Part shown: piece after piece, positions 13,576-27,899 of the stretch | Position numbering within the stretch: the first letter of the stretch is position 1 | Layout of the letters: the number at the start of each line of letters is the position of its first letter | Source: Eledone cirrhosa | Taxonomy: Eukaryota | DNA: 64,000 nucleotides | Direction: 5' to 3' | Assembly: GCA_964016885.1 (NCBI GenBank) | Contig: OZ024742.1 | Location: forward strand, 141,484,001-141,548,000 | Program-made: the position numbers and the translations under genes | Notes under the pieces: generated by a model | Told to the model about the DNA's origin: nothing | Seen by the model: the letters and a program-made list of their open reading frames with translations, nothing else | The model's database searches: none

Positions 13576-16500
13576 ATGAGACCAGAACGGATAGCTAGAA
13601 TACTACAACGTGTGCCTCTGGATGGAAATTCCTACATAAACATTTCTGTTGAGGGTAGGCGGCCTTCATGTGACCAGTGTTTAAGCAGTGGTCACATGAG
13701 GGCGTCCTGTCCTCAATTAACTGCATTAAAAAAAGGCATTACTGCCGACATCCAACACAACAACACAACCACCACCACCACCACAACAATAACAACAACA
13801 ACACACAAAAATAACAAAAACAAACCAAACTGCAAACACAGTCCCACCCAACCCCACTCCACCTAAAACCACTGCAAAATCCCATACAGACACAACAGCT
13901 CCCCAAGACATACCCCTCCCCAATCACACAGACGATACAACAGATGAGGCTATCTCGTCATCACCCAGTGAAGACGAGGGAGAACCCCATCGCTCGAAAA
14001 GAAAGAAAAGACACCACAAAAACAAAAAAAATCAGCAAACACTACCACAAATATACAACCACCAACACAAACAACAAAAACATCACAAACAAAACCCCCA
14101 CCTCCTGAAAACAAAATACCTACAACAAAACGAAAGCACACACAAGAACTACAGACAAAAACAAACACAACACAAGAAAATTACACTTACACATACATAA
14201 ACACTGAAAACAAAATACTAATGGAGACCATCACGAACAACCCTTCGGTTTTCACCGAAGGGAAAACTTTCGCCCACTCTATTAAAAATAACAAAAAACT
14301 GAACCTAAAACTGATTAGGGTCCCTATACAAACTTATAGGTCCCTAAAACAAACATTTGAAAATGATGTGGGGGAATTCCTGCGTGAAACCACTTAACCG
14401 CGTCTTTCTCAAATGTCTCCCCACCCAGACACCCCCACCCCAGATATCCCCTTCCCACCAGACACCCCCTCCCCGCCAACATCTCCGTCCCCACCCCGCC
14501 GGAAACCACCACCCACACAGACAACCCCTCCAACACCCCCATGGAAATCATGCAGCCTGGTTCCCAGGAGACGAAGGGTGAGTGATTTCTTTTTCTCCTC
14601 TTTTAACTTTTCAGAACCAACATGGCCAATATAAGAGTTGGATGTGTGAATGTACGCGGCCTGGGGATGCCCTGCAAACAGGGCAAACTCTTAAACGACC
14701 TCAGATCGCACAGTTTGGATGTAGTAGCCATTTCCGAGTCCAGGATCCACAGCGAGCGACATCTGGCCCCCATCTTCGACGACTTTGAGATCTACGCATC
14801 TGTCTGTCAGCCGGGAGGTGGGGCGGGGTTGCCGTTTTGCTGCGGAAACACCTGGACCTCGTAACACAGACGGTACATCTGGACCCGGATGGTCGACTGG
14901 TGGTCCTAGACGTTGACAGTAGTGAAAGTGGAGCCTTCAGGCTGGTGGCCGCATATGTCCCATCCGGGACGTCGCGGCCAGACTTTAGAAACTTTTCTGG
15001 GAACGTCCCGCTCCTTGCTTTTAGTGGGGGACTGGAATGGAATCCTAGATGCACGTTGGGACTATGTGGGAGCATGTCCCAATAGAGGGGTGTGTAACAG
15101 CCTCAAACAGTTAATCGGCCGATTTGACCTGGCCGATAGATATCGACTAGATTTTCCGATAGATATCGACTAGATAGGGTTCTAGTTAGAAATAAGGATA
15201 GGGACATGTTAAGCTGTTCACACATGTTCATGGTTGCCTATTCAGATCACAAACTAGTTACCTGTATGGTCAACCTTGATAGAACCCATAGACAAGGACC
15301 CGGCTACTGGAAGCTGAACTTGTCGTTACCGACAAGCAAAGCCTACAGTAGACGGATGAGCACTTTAGTTAGACAGCACTTAACAGGGGCCATTGTCAAC
15401 AACAGATGGTGGTACTCTCTCAAGAGGGCAGTTAGATTAGACTCGTTAGTTTTTAGTAAAGAATTAGCGTTAGATAGAAATAGGATCGAGAAGGAACCGG
15501 TAGATAAAGTAGAAGAGGCAATTAGTAGTGGCAACGTAGCCAGCGTGCTAGCAACGAGAGCGGCTTTGGACCAGTTCTTCGACGCAAAACACGAGGGCTG
15601 CGTTGTCAGAAGCAAAATACGTGCTCTGGGTAACGAGGGAGCCAAAGCTGTTAGCTGGGCCAGAGTAACGGAGGCGAAAAGTGGCAACAAGTCCACGATT
15701 CGGTCTTTGAAGGACCAAGACGGACGCGTGATACATAAGCTGAAGCAGATATGCGCGGCCTTTCAGCGGTACTTTGCTCAGCTGTTAGGGCAGGTCGGCG
15801 CTCTAGGAGGGGCTATGGATTTCGGTCCATACCTCGATGGCCTACCGCAATTCTCGGACAGCAAGGCGAAGTTCTGCGAAAAGCCGATTTCAGCCGCTGA
15901 GATAGGGGACACGCTGAGCCAATGCGGCAAACGCAAATCTCCAGGTCTCGACGGTCTACCCTACGAATTTTACGTAGCAATGCCGGACTTGTTCTCCGGT
16001 CTCCTGGAAGCGGTCTACTGCAACTGGCAGCAGAACGGGAGAATTCCCAGTTCTGTGACCAGGGGCTTAGTCACACTAGTCAGGAAGGACGAGAATAAGT
16101 GGGATGACATAGGCAACTTTCGGCCCATAACTCTGCTAAACACAGAGTTACAGATTTTAGCCAAGGTGTTGGCAAAGAGGCTGGCGCTTGTCGTCGAAAA
16201 CTTGGTGGGAGAAGCGCAGACATGCGCAATCCCGACCAGATCCATACACGACAACCTCCACCTCATGCGATACATCATAGAGATGGTAGGGTGTAAACCC
16301 GGCCTCGGTGGGGCCCTGATCATCTTGGATCAGTATAAGGCTTTCGATATGGTTGACCATCATTACCTGGATGCGGTGCTCGAGGCGGCAGGCTTCGGAC
16401 CCGTGTTGAGGGCCTGGATTGCTGCATTGCACAACAGCAACATCTGCTCAAGGGTCAAGGTGAACGGCTACCTCTCAGAGCCGTTCCATATCACGCGATC

Positions 16501-18238
16501 CATTCGACAGGGATGCCCTCTCTCCTCCCTTCTGTACTTACTGGCTCTCGAGCCATTACTGCGGAAGTTGGATCTATTGCAGGGCATCCTTCTGGAACCG
16601 GGACTGCGGAAAGCGGCGTCGGCCTACGCCGGGGACGTGACAGTAATGGTGTCGAGCACCTCGCAAATCGAGGAAGTTAGCACCTTACTGAAGGAATACG
16701 AAAGTTTCACAGGAGCGAAGCTGAACGGGGACAAGTCCATCGGTTTGCAACTCGGATCGTGGAGAGGCAAACCGATGCCTTCGGATGGCGTCGTCGGACG
16801 CTGGACGGAAGGACTGGTAAAGCTGCTCGGGGTCTGGTTTGGTCCGGACCTCCAGGTGGAGAAGAACTGGAACGAAGTGACGGCCAAGGTGTTTGCACTC
16901 ACCCAGAAGTGGGCCGAGTGCAAACTATACTTGAAAAGTCGAGCGGAGCTGGCGAACACTTTTATAGCGTCCGTCATCTACTACCGCTTGACCGTCGTGC
17001 CTTGTCCAGCCAAAACGCTCAGCAAAATGGAGTGCGCGCTTTTCCAATTCATTTGGAAGAAACGGGCTCCTTTGGTGAGAAGATCCATCTGCTGCCAATA
17101 CCCTTCAAACGGAGGGCTGGGGATGCCGTGGTTGACGATGCGCAAACACGCGCTCAGGCTTCGGCATCTCTACGTATTCCTCACCGGACAACCGGTGTGG
17201 GCCCCGTTCGTGAGGTGGGCCTTCCCACGACTCGTCTCGCTGACCGAGCTGCAGTCCTGGGTCAAGCAAAGACCGAGGAAAATGGGCAACTGGCACATCG
17301 AATGTGCTCAGGCGCTCACAGCCCTCTGGCAGGCAGACCAGGCGATCAGTGGAGACTCCACTTCGTCATTCTATAGAGGGTTGGTCCGCAGCAAGTCCGA
17401 CGACGCGCTCGGAGAAACTCTGGGCGTAGAGGAAGACGAACTGGCCAGTCTGTTCAGTAGAACCTTCCGCCCGGGACCGATGGAAATTTCCAAAAATCCC
17501 TGGCCTGGCAGTGCTACCGAGGAGCTCTACCAGTTCGAGACAAGCTCTATAGACACGGGCACCTGGACAGGGACACTTCGTAAAAGATCTCTTCGAGATG
17601 CGTGCGCGACGAGGAAACCGTCGCGTACGCATTTGTACACTGCCCGGGCGTTACCGACCTGTGGGGATATGTAGAACGACTATTGTCGCGGGTGGGACCA
17701 ATCCAGTTGACCACCGAGTCCATTGTCATAATCAAACCGCCACCCTCCTTCAAAAACGAAGGAGAGGCGGTTTTCCTTTGTGTGATAGCTATGGCGAAAG
17801 AGGTTGTATGGTGGACGAGGTTAAAAGGGCTGAGGTCAGACACCTTTCTCTCCGGCCAACAACTGATTCTTTTTTTCAAATACCACTTTGGAAGAAGAAT
17901 CAGGATGGAGAGAGAGGTGCTGTACCCCAGCAAGTTTTATGAAAGGTGGGTGAAAGTGGCGAGAATGGCCCGAGTGAATGGGCCTTCTCTCTATATCAGC
18001 CTGTAGGTTGAGGAAAAGGAGGAGGAGAGGAAAGGAGTACAAACTCTTCGTACTCCTGGAGATGAGGGTTGCACATTTTTTCGGGGGTATGTGTTACCCA
18101 TATGAACTGTCTCCCCCCATTGGGGAAAATCGATTAACTTTTAAATTACATTTGTGATAATATTTTACGTTTTTATTGTATGTAAACTTCCCCCTTTGTA
18201 TTTGTCCCCTTCTTTTGTGCCCCTGTGGCTAATAAAGA

Positions 18239-18241
<3 letters not shown>
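13576..18241 (+). mobile_element. Tx1/L1-clade LINE, copy 3: 5'-truncated ORF1 with CCHC knuckle plus ORF2; degenerate; flanked by (TA)n on both sides
   Basis: ORF1 CDQCLSSGHMRASC (13576..13866). APE 14622..15200 with frameshifts. RT 15206..17674 with catalytic YADD mutated to YAGD. C-terminus 17602..18006. Ends AATAAAGAAAC+(AT)n. Confidence 0.94.
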
Positions 18242-18282
<41 letters not shown>

Positions 18283-18284
18283 TA

Positions 18285-18369
<85 letters not shown>

Positions 18370-18372
18370 CTA

Positions 18373-18438
<66 letters not shown>
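18241..18438. repeat. (TA)n microsatellite
   Basis: Direct reading. Confidence 0.99.
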
Positions 18439-18440
<2 letters not shown>

Positions 18441-18498
18441 AAAAAGTATGACCCCGACGGCAGAGCTCAAGCCTTTTCGACGGCTATTTCTGGACGCA
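18437..18498 (-). repeat. Fragment of the GAAACGGCT-hairpin element family (see 21813 and 47760)
   Basis: TAGGAAAAAGTATGACCCCGACGGCAGAGCTCAAGCCTTTTCGACGGCTATTTCTGGACG matches the 47760 arm; flanked by (TA)n. Confidence 0.8.
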
Positions 18499-19659
18499 TA
18501 TATATATATATAGAGAGAGAGAGAACGAGAGAGAATGAGACTATTTGTGCGTGCATGTGAGTCAAGAGAAGCGAAATAACCGAGTAGATAAGGTATAGGA
18601 CTCTCTGCAATTCGATCGTGGGCTCAAATGCCCTTCATAGGGTTTTGTTGTTTGTAAGGAAAACACTTATACTGAAGTATGTAAGATTATCTATCTGTTG
18701 GGAGCAGTTAATAAATTCTGAGGAAAACACCAAGAAGGTTACATCGACCTTTTTTCTGATCCCGTGAAATGATGAAATTTTTTATACACATCGTACTATT
18801 TACGTAAGTAATTCAGAGAGGAATATAATATGATTTGTATTCGAAACAACATCAAGCAAATTACTTGCAAAATGAAAAACAGCTAATCAAAATTTTTTTT
18901 TCTTGAGTACGTTAATGTATGACTTAATCCTAGGATTAAAGTAACCCATTAGCTCAATTTTTTCATGTTAGTTTCTGTCTTCATAGATCGGTTTAAATGT
19001 CATACATTCAATTCTATGCACGTAAGTTTTGTTTTGGTTTCGTCTTGTAGAATACTCCAAGGACAGTGAAACTGCTTTGTAAGACACTGTGACATTAGAC
19101 AAATCAGCTGTGCCGTCGGTAGTGGTCGAAACTGTACACCCATTTCGACGGCCGATGCCCGCGGAAAATTTGAAGCTGATGCTAATTGCATTGGGTGCAG
19201 CACTTGCACATCAGGGCGCGGGATGCAGCGAAGAAACCAGCGATATCGAACTCGAGATCTAATGATCGAGAAGCGAGCCTCTTAACCGTTCAATCATGCT
19301 ATATTCATCCAGCTCAAGTAAGAGTAACGGATAACCTCATTCTACAATTCCACATGTTCCAGTAAATTGGTGGCATTCAGTATACTAGAAATAATAGCCC
19401 AATCTCCGACTTAAATATAGAAAGAAAACATTAGTTAATGTATTGCTACAAATGACAGGCTGGTTACGAGTGGAGTGTCTTTTATCAACAATAACAACAA
19501 CCATGAGTGATCCTTATATTGGCATTTCTGTGTGTATCCGGTTTAGACTCGTTTGAGGAGATTAAATGGGTTGGCGTTAAGAAAGGTGAACGCCTGCAAA
19601 ACATCTCAAAAAGGACCCCTATTAGCAGAGAAAATGGTCTCAAAACGTTTGTCGTATAT

Positions 19660-20475
19660 ATGTATTGACTGATCGGTTGGCTCATTCAAATGCACCTCTC
19701 CAACTGATCCGGCTGGATTCCCTAGCGAGACCAGCCAAATTCATGAATGATATCCAACCATCTTGTTTGGGATCTATTCCTGGGTCTTCTGTCGGTTGGT
19801 TTTTGCCCATAAAATCTGTCCAGCGATTCGTTCCTGGGACATTCTTACCACATGCCCATATTAGCAGTACTACCTCAATTCGGAGAAGTAGCGGCACGAC
19901 CTGGAGTGACTCTCCGATCTCCGAGCTACGCACTCTATCGAGTAACGTTACTTCAAAGACCCTTCGGAGGAACTCCATTGGTCGCTTGTATTCACGATCG
20001 TATTCTTTCGATCATTACCCAATATTCATTACCATCGGTAAGGTTTGGCACAAATCGAAGATAGTGAGTTTGGCTTTTACACCTACATCCCTTCTTATGA
20101 TTAGTGAATGCTGAAGCTGGCGCATTACTGCAATTATTGCACTTAATTCAGCCTCCTGCCTTCCACCACTCGTGAACACGGCCCCGAGATACTTGAACTT
20201 CTCTACCTGTTTCAGTGGAAATCCATTCACATGTAGAGTGCACTGTGCAAGCTTCCTTGAGAGGACGAGTGTCTCAGTCTTTGCAGCACAGATTTTCATT
20301 CCAGTGGTGCAGTACTCGGCATCTATCCTATCGAGTGTAAGTCGGTGATTACCTGTCGAGTTAAGTAACACCATGTTTTCTGCAAATTCCAGCCAACTGA
20401 TTTTACATCTGCCAGTCATGATACCACTTCCAGCCCGGCTGTGCATGTCTATCCTATTCATGTGAATATTGAACA
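19660..20475 (-). mobile_element. RTE-clade LINE 3' fragment (degenerate)
   Basis: FAENMVLL...GMKICAAKTETLV...QVEKFKYLG and EFLRRVFEVTLLDRVRSSEI are typical RTE RT C-terminal sequence. Confidence 0.8.
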
Positions 20476-20604
20476 CGAAGTTATTAAAAATCATAATCGT
20501 TTTATTGGCTCTTTTGAATTTAATGCGAAAACCATTTTCTTTGGAAAGTAAAGACATAGCATCGTAATTTCAGGAGAAAGTGACTGCGAGAGATGGCATA
20601 CGAT

Positions 20605-20605
20605 T

Positions 20606-20636
<31 letters not shown>

Positions 20637-20916
20637 AGAGAGAGAGAGAGAGATGAGGAAAAAGAGTAATGAAATGAGAGAGAGAGAGAGAGAACGAGAG
20701 AAAAAGAGAAGGACAAAGAAAGAGAAAGTAAGAAAGAGAAAAAGAAAGAGTGAGAGAGAGGTGTGTGACGAGAGAGTAGAGTGAAGAAGTGAGAGAGAAA
20801 GCGACAGAGAAAGAGTGGGAAAGAGAAAGAGAGAGATAGAAAGAGAGAGCGAGAGAGAGAAAGGTAAAGATGTAGAAAGATAGGGAGAGAGTGAGGTGAG
20901 AAAGAGAGAGAGAGTG

Positions 20917-20965
<49 letters not shown>

Positions 20966-20985
20966 GTTGAGGGAGAGAAAGAGTG
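20605..20985. repeat. (GA)n-rich purine tract
   Basis: Direct reading. Confidence 0.95.
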
Positions 20986-21289
20986 TGATTATATCTTTGT
21001 TTTGGAAGATTCATAATGTGAAACTGTGTTGAAAGAGATATTGACGTACTTTCTACTAATAAAAGCACACACATGCTGGTTGTAGTTCACTTTACCATTA
21101 GAAATTAATTAGTAATTAAAAGTGAACTACAACCAATATTCGTGTGTTTCTTAGTGGCAGAATGACATAGCCCAAAATAAAATAGCATCATTCACCCACC
21201 TCTCTCTCTCTTTCTTGGAAGAAACCGGCTCTGTTCCGCCAGGTTAAAGACCTTTTAAAACATTCAAAACCTGGCTGAGTCAATCTCTT

Positions 21290-21490
21290 ATTGGGCTGGA
21301 ACACAGACAATTTCTTTCGGGGAGAGAGAGAGATGGGGGACATAAATTGATAGAGTGAAACAGGAAGAATCGACCCCAATACTTTATTCATCGACCTCGA
21401 ACGGATGAAAGGCGAAGTTGACACCGATTGGATTTGAACTCAGAGCGCACTCAACCGGAACAATGCCAAGGCATTTTATATTCGCCGCTA
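21290..21490 (-). mobile_element. SINE family A-related, diverged
   Basis: ATCGACCTCGAACGGATGAAAGGCGAAGTTGAC...GATTTGAACTCAG core. Confidence 0.65.
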
Positions 21491-21606
21491 TATACAGGGT
21501 GTCTCAAAGGTTACTATCTATTTGAGCGATCAAGCGTTAACCTAATATATATACCTTCCATATACTGTACCGATTGTGTTGTTATTTATGTTTACCTTTT
21601 ACATAC

Positions 21607-21690
<84 letters not shown>

Positions 21691-21747
21691 TCTTTTACTC
21701 TTTTACCTGTTTCAGCCATCCGGCTGAGGCCATGCTGGGGCACCGAT

Positions 21748-21812
<65 letters not shown>

Positions 21813-21816
<4 letters not shown>

Positions 21817-21886
21817 AACGAGTAGGACCCCAGAATTAGCCGTCGAAACGGCTTGAGCTCAGCCGTCGGGGTCCTACTCGTTCCTG
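21813..21886 (+). repeat. Fold-back fragment containing an HHR 3' half (GAAAC-GGCT...AGCC-GTC)
   Basis: AGGAACGAGTAGGACCCC ... GGGGTCCTACTCGTTCCT inverted arms enclose GAAACGGCTTGAGCTCAGCCGTC. Confidence 0.75.
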
Positions 21887-22587
21887 GGTATAATCAATCC
21901 CGTATCCAACATCACTAAGGCACTCTATTTCAGCCACATTAACATACTCCATTATAGGCTGTTCTCCCGCACTCCCTACATATGTATCTTTGAAGTAATG
22001 TGTGTATTTTTTCTACGTATTCCATTATGTAACACCTTATATATCTTTTCATGTACAACCCAATGTGTATTTTTTATATATTTTTTTATATATTTCTTAT
22101 ATATTTTAATATATTTTTTATATATTCTTTATATATTTTTTATATATGTTTTGGGTATACCCTTTACATTATTCCCATGAGCTTCCCATATGTAATTTTG
22201 TTTAAAATTTCTATATGTGGATTAATTCACGTTAGCACCATATTGCCAACTCTGTCAACATGTGCATCAAAGTGTGTCTGCATATACGTATATACCGTTA
22301 TGTGAGATGCTGCATGCATTCACTGACGTATCCCCCTTATATACTTTGTTCGTACTTTGCACGTATTTCCCCACGTAATATTTCGATGTACAACACCATG
22401 TGCATGCTTGCATGCACCTTCCAAATATTTTTTATACAGATTATTTTCATATATGTGCGCACGTGTGTGTGCGTATATCTGTCTGGGTGTGAGTGCATAA
22501 ATGGGTGTGTGTGTGTGGGGGGGGGGGGGGTATATATGTATGTGTGTGTGTATGTATAAGTAGAATTGGCGCTCTGAAATAGCGATA

Positions 22588-22952
22588 TATATATGAATGT
22601 ATATATAGTGTATTTTGCAATACACTGTATGCTTAATTAAAAGCATTTCGAAGACTTTACGCTATTATTTTAGAGTAGTGACCGTCTCACTTACTTTTAA
22701 TTTTCAGCAAACTGATTATTACTAGAAATTCTATAAGAATCAAACATTCATGATTTTCAGCAAACAGGTGGCGTACTTGGCTTTGATAAGTACCAATCAG
22801 TACGAAACATAGCTCTGTCAGCTTTATTTCCCCTGTTTGCTGAAAATTAAAAGTAAGTGAGACTGTCACTACTCTAAAACAATAGCGTAAGGTCTTTGAA
22901 ATGCTTTTAATTAAGCATACAGTGTATTGCAAAATACACTATATATACATTC

Positions 22953-22960
<8 letters not shown>
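22588..22960. mobile_element. Fold-back element (arms of about 125 bp) in (TA)n with a degenerate HHR in the spacer
   Basis: Arms 22588..22712 and 22835..22960. Spacer GCT-TTGATAA-GTAC CAATCA GTAC-GAAAC ATAGCTCT GTC-AGC at 22780..22822. Confidence 0.75.
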
Positions 22961-22988
<28 letters not shown>

Positions 22989-23141
22989 ATATATATATAC
23001 GTCTGACTGTGTATGAATAGATGTATGTATATACGTGGGTCTCGTATGTGTACGTGTGGGCATGTGTCTGCGTATGAAAGTACTTATATATGAGAGGTAA
23101 TATATTTATGTATGTATATGTGTGAACGCAAGCACGCAAGC

Positions 23142-23231
<90 letters not shown>

Positions 23232-23808
23232 TGAGTGAGTGTGTTTAGGTCCACACAGATAAGTGTACGATTAATGGATCGGAATGCCTCTACATAGGTG
23301 TGAGCACATGTGCGTGTGGGTGTATATGTATGGGGAGGCTGACAAGCAAAGGAATGGCATCGGAAATAATAAAAACTCTACTACATACAGCAGTAATTTT
23401 GCCGATTTGATTTGGGTGAGTGACAGCTCACACCTGAATGAAGATCGGCAGTGGGCAGATTTCAGTGGTCAAGAACTATGATGACGTCACGAACTATCAA
23501 CCAATCTAAGGGCCGCGCAAACAGGATGAAAGCAGATGATATAGATCCGAAGGGTCGGAGCCCAGGAGAAAGAGAATTTGCTTCGAAATCACTAGACGTA
23601 TCTGAGGAACTTGCGAACCCAGAGTCAGGTTCGATCCACACACAGATCCCACCTCGAGCTGTTCGCCGGAGAAACAATTGTAATACGTAATAAATTGTGT
23701 TCCGATGCATCACTGGTTCTTCGTTTTCCATTTTATCACACTCTGCTCCGACGGAGCATAGTGTGCTCAACCGGCATATCGCCTATGGACGCATCCTAGC
23801 AACCATAC

Positions 23809-25001
<1,193 letters not shown>

Positions 25002-25641
25002 ACACACATACACATATATATATATATATATGTACATACACTCATACACATATATGTGTATTTGTTTGGGTGTCTGTTTGCGGGTGCGTGTGGTAGTATG
25101 TCTGTATTCACAAAGTATACGTCAACAGCATTAGATATATGAATGTGAGCACGCACACACGCATACACGCGCCCACCCTCCGGGTACGAGTGCGCGTGCG
25201 CTGGTTTGAGTGCACACATTCAATTTCTGTCTCTTTGCTGATGTGTATTTTGTAAATGCTAACGGCAGAGCAATAAATGTTAGGTGGGCGACTTTACTCT
25301 GTAAGACATCTTTGAAAGATTCCAGCAATCATGTTAGTGTAAATGTCAGGTTACGATTTAATCAATGATAACTAAGAAACAGGACTAGAATAATTCTTTT
25401 CGATAATGGAAGGGTGAGACATATCCCGACTGTGACGTCAGATTAATTGTGACGTCAGATAAACCACTTTTATTTGACTTTCATTAATTTTTCTCGTATA
25501 AATATTTGTTTTTTTTCTGTTCTGATTTTTTTTGGTGACATTCTTTGACGTTACCACTTCTGTTATAAATTTTGGCATATTCATTTACTTCATATTCATC
25601 CACCTGCCCGTCTGTTTGCCTCTCTATGTGTCTCTATATCG

Positions 25642-25910
<269 letters not shown>

Positions 25911-26662
25911 TGTTTGTCAGTCTGTCTATCTTATTTTATATGTATTTGTAGCAAGGATGCACCGATAAGAAAATTGGTTACTTATTCATTATCGAGTACA
26001 CAGTCTTGCCTTATCGGTCGATGTCAGATAACTGACCGCCGGTTATCTATAAAGTAATGTACTGTGACATGAAAATGTGTATTATAATTTAATTAATTGT
26101 AATATACTATAATAGTCCAAAACAATTCACAACTAAGGAGCCACTATTTAAAAGCACATGGTTACAAAATAAAGTTGATTTTACAATAAAAGTTATCATA
26201 AATAAACCTGCAAGGAATCGACTATTCTGAAAATGGAGAAATATTTTTTTCATTATAATTTACGAATTCTTAAATTTTGTTTCAGTAAGTTAAGGAAATA
26301 GGAATTATTATTACTGAAAAACGTTTGAACACCTATAAATAAACATGTATTCAGAATCTTTGTAGTTTCATAATCAATTAAAAAGATTTAAACACATATT
26401 CTCTTAGGTGAGTAGGAGATCGTTCTTCTACTTCGACACACATTAACCTACTGGGAGTTACATTCCATGGGCAATCCCAAGTAGTTTTCAGTTGTATAGA
26501 TCAGCACGTTCGAGCACTGGGAAGGATCGTATTACAATAGTGTGTTTAGATTGTGGGTCCAAGGAAATAATGTATGTCTTTTTATGTATTTCTAAAATGT
26601 TGATTCCATTGTTTTCTGAAATTTTTTGTCACTTCTGATTTTCTCGTTTCAAATGTGGCTAT

Positions 26663-26871
26663 CAATAATAATAATGGTTTCAAATTTAGGCACAAGGCCA
26701 GCAATTTTGTGAGAGGGGAAAGTCGACCCCAGTACATTATTAGTACTTTATTTTATCGACCTTGTATGGATGAAAGGCAAAGCTGACCTCAGTGGGATTT
26801 GAACTCAGAACGTAAAGGGAAATAACTCTATGCTGCAAAGCGTGGTGTCTGACGCTCTACCAATACTACCA

Positions 26872-26904
<33 letters not shown>

Positions 26905-27092
26905 TGTTTCTACGTTAGGCACAAGGCCAGCAATTACCCAGAGTGCATTACTGGTACTTTATTTTATCGACCCCGTAAGGATGAAAGGCAAAGTCAACCT
27001 CGGCGGGATTTGAACTCAGATCGTAAAGGGACGTAACTATGCTGGAAAGCATGGCGTCCGACCCTCTACCGATACTGCCAATCCACCGCCCT
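26663..27092 (-). mobile_element. Two tandem family A SINEs separated by (AAT)n
   Basis: Copies at about 26665..26872 and 26895..27092 with the shared core. Confidence 0.88.
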
Positions 27093-27899
27093 ACATAATA
27101 ATAATGGAAGAAAAAACGAACATGGTGGATATATCGTTATGGAATCGCTCCCGTAAGTTTTTGATTTTTACATATTTAAAACAACTGTGATAGAATAATT
27201 CTTATTACAAATGAAACATAAGATTACAGTTTCACTCTCAGCAAGCGACAACGCATCACATAATGGCATAGGGCCCCAATATTTAATATTTAATTTTGGA
27301 TCAGAAATGTTATAGTCAAAATAGAGGAAAATGGCTACGTGGACAGACAGGCAAATAATTTCACCACCAACACCACCACCGCCACCATCACCACTGCCAC
27401 ACCAAAAAATCTAGCCAAGTTACCCCAACTTTTATTTCTACTTCAACTTCAACACCATCACTACAGTACTACGATCACATCACCACCACCACCACCACCA
27501 CTGCCTCATTATCGCTACCGCCGCTATTCTCTCCCACTACTTCCTGCTAAGTACTACTAGCACATCACCACCACCATTGCCTCATTATGGCTACCGCCGC
27601 TATTCTCTCCCTCTACCTCCTGCTAAGACAGAGGTATCGTAGTATTCCCACTAAGTGAGGAAGGCATCAAAAGATATAAATAGACTGATTTGATGACCCG
27701 GTCAAAAATTCAAAAAATCAAAAATCAAAATCAAAACAGCACAGCAGCAACGAAAAACGTAAAGAAAAAAAAAAAGAAAAGAAAAACAAACAAACAAACA
27801 AACAAAAAAAATAAGTCAGACATTCAAACATTACATTACAATGAAACTTATGCTTATTTTTTAAAGTTTTTACCTATTTATTTGTTTATTTATTTATGT

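Noticed and set aside
26400-26560. Possible hAT transposase dimerisation-domain remnant on the minus strand
   Set aside because: Too degenerate (stops, no clear WW or ERxFS motif) to call by eye.
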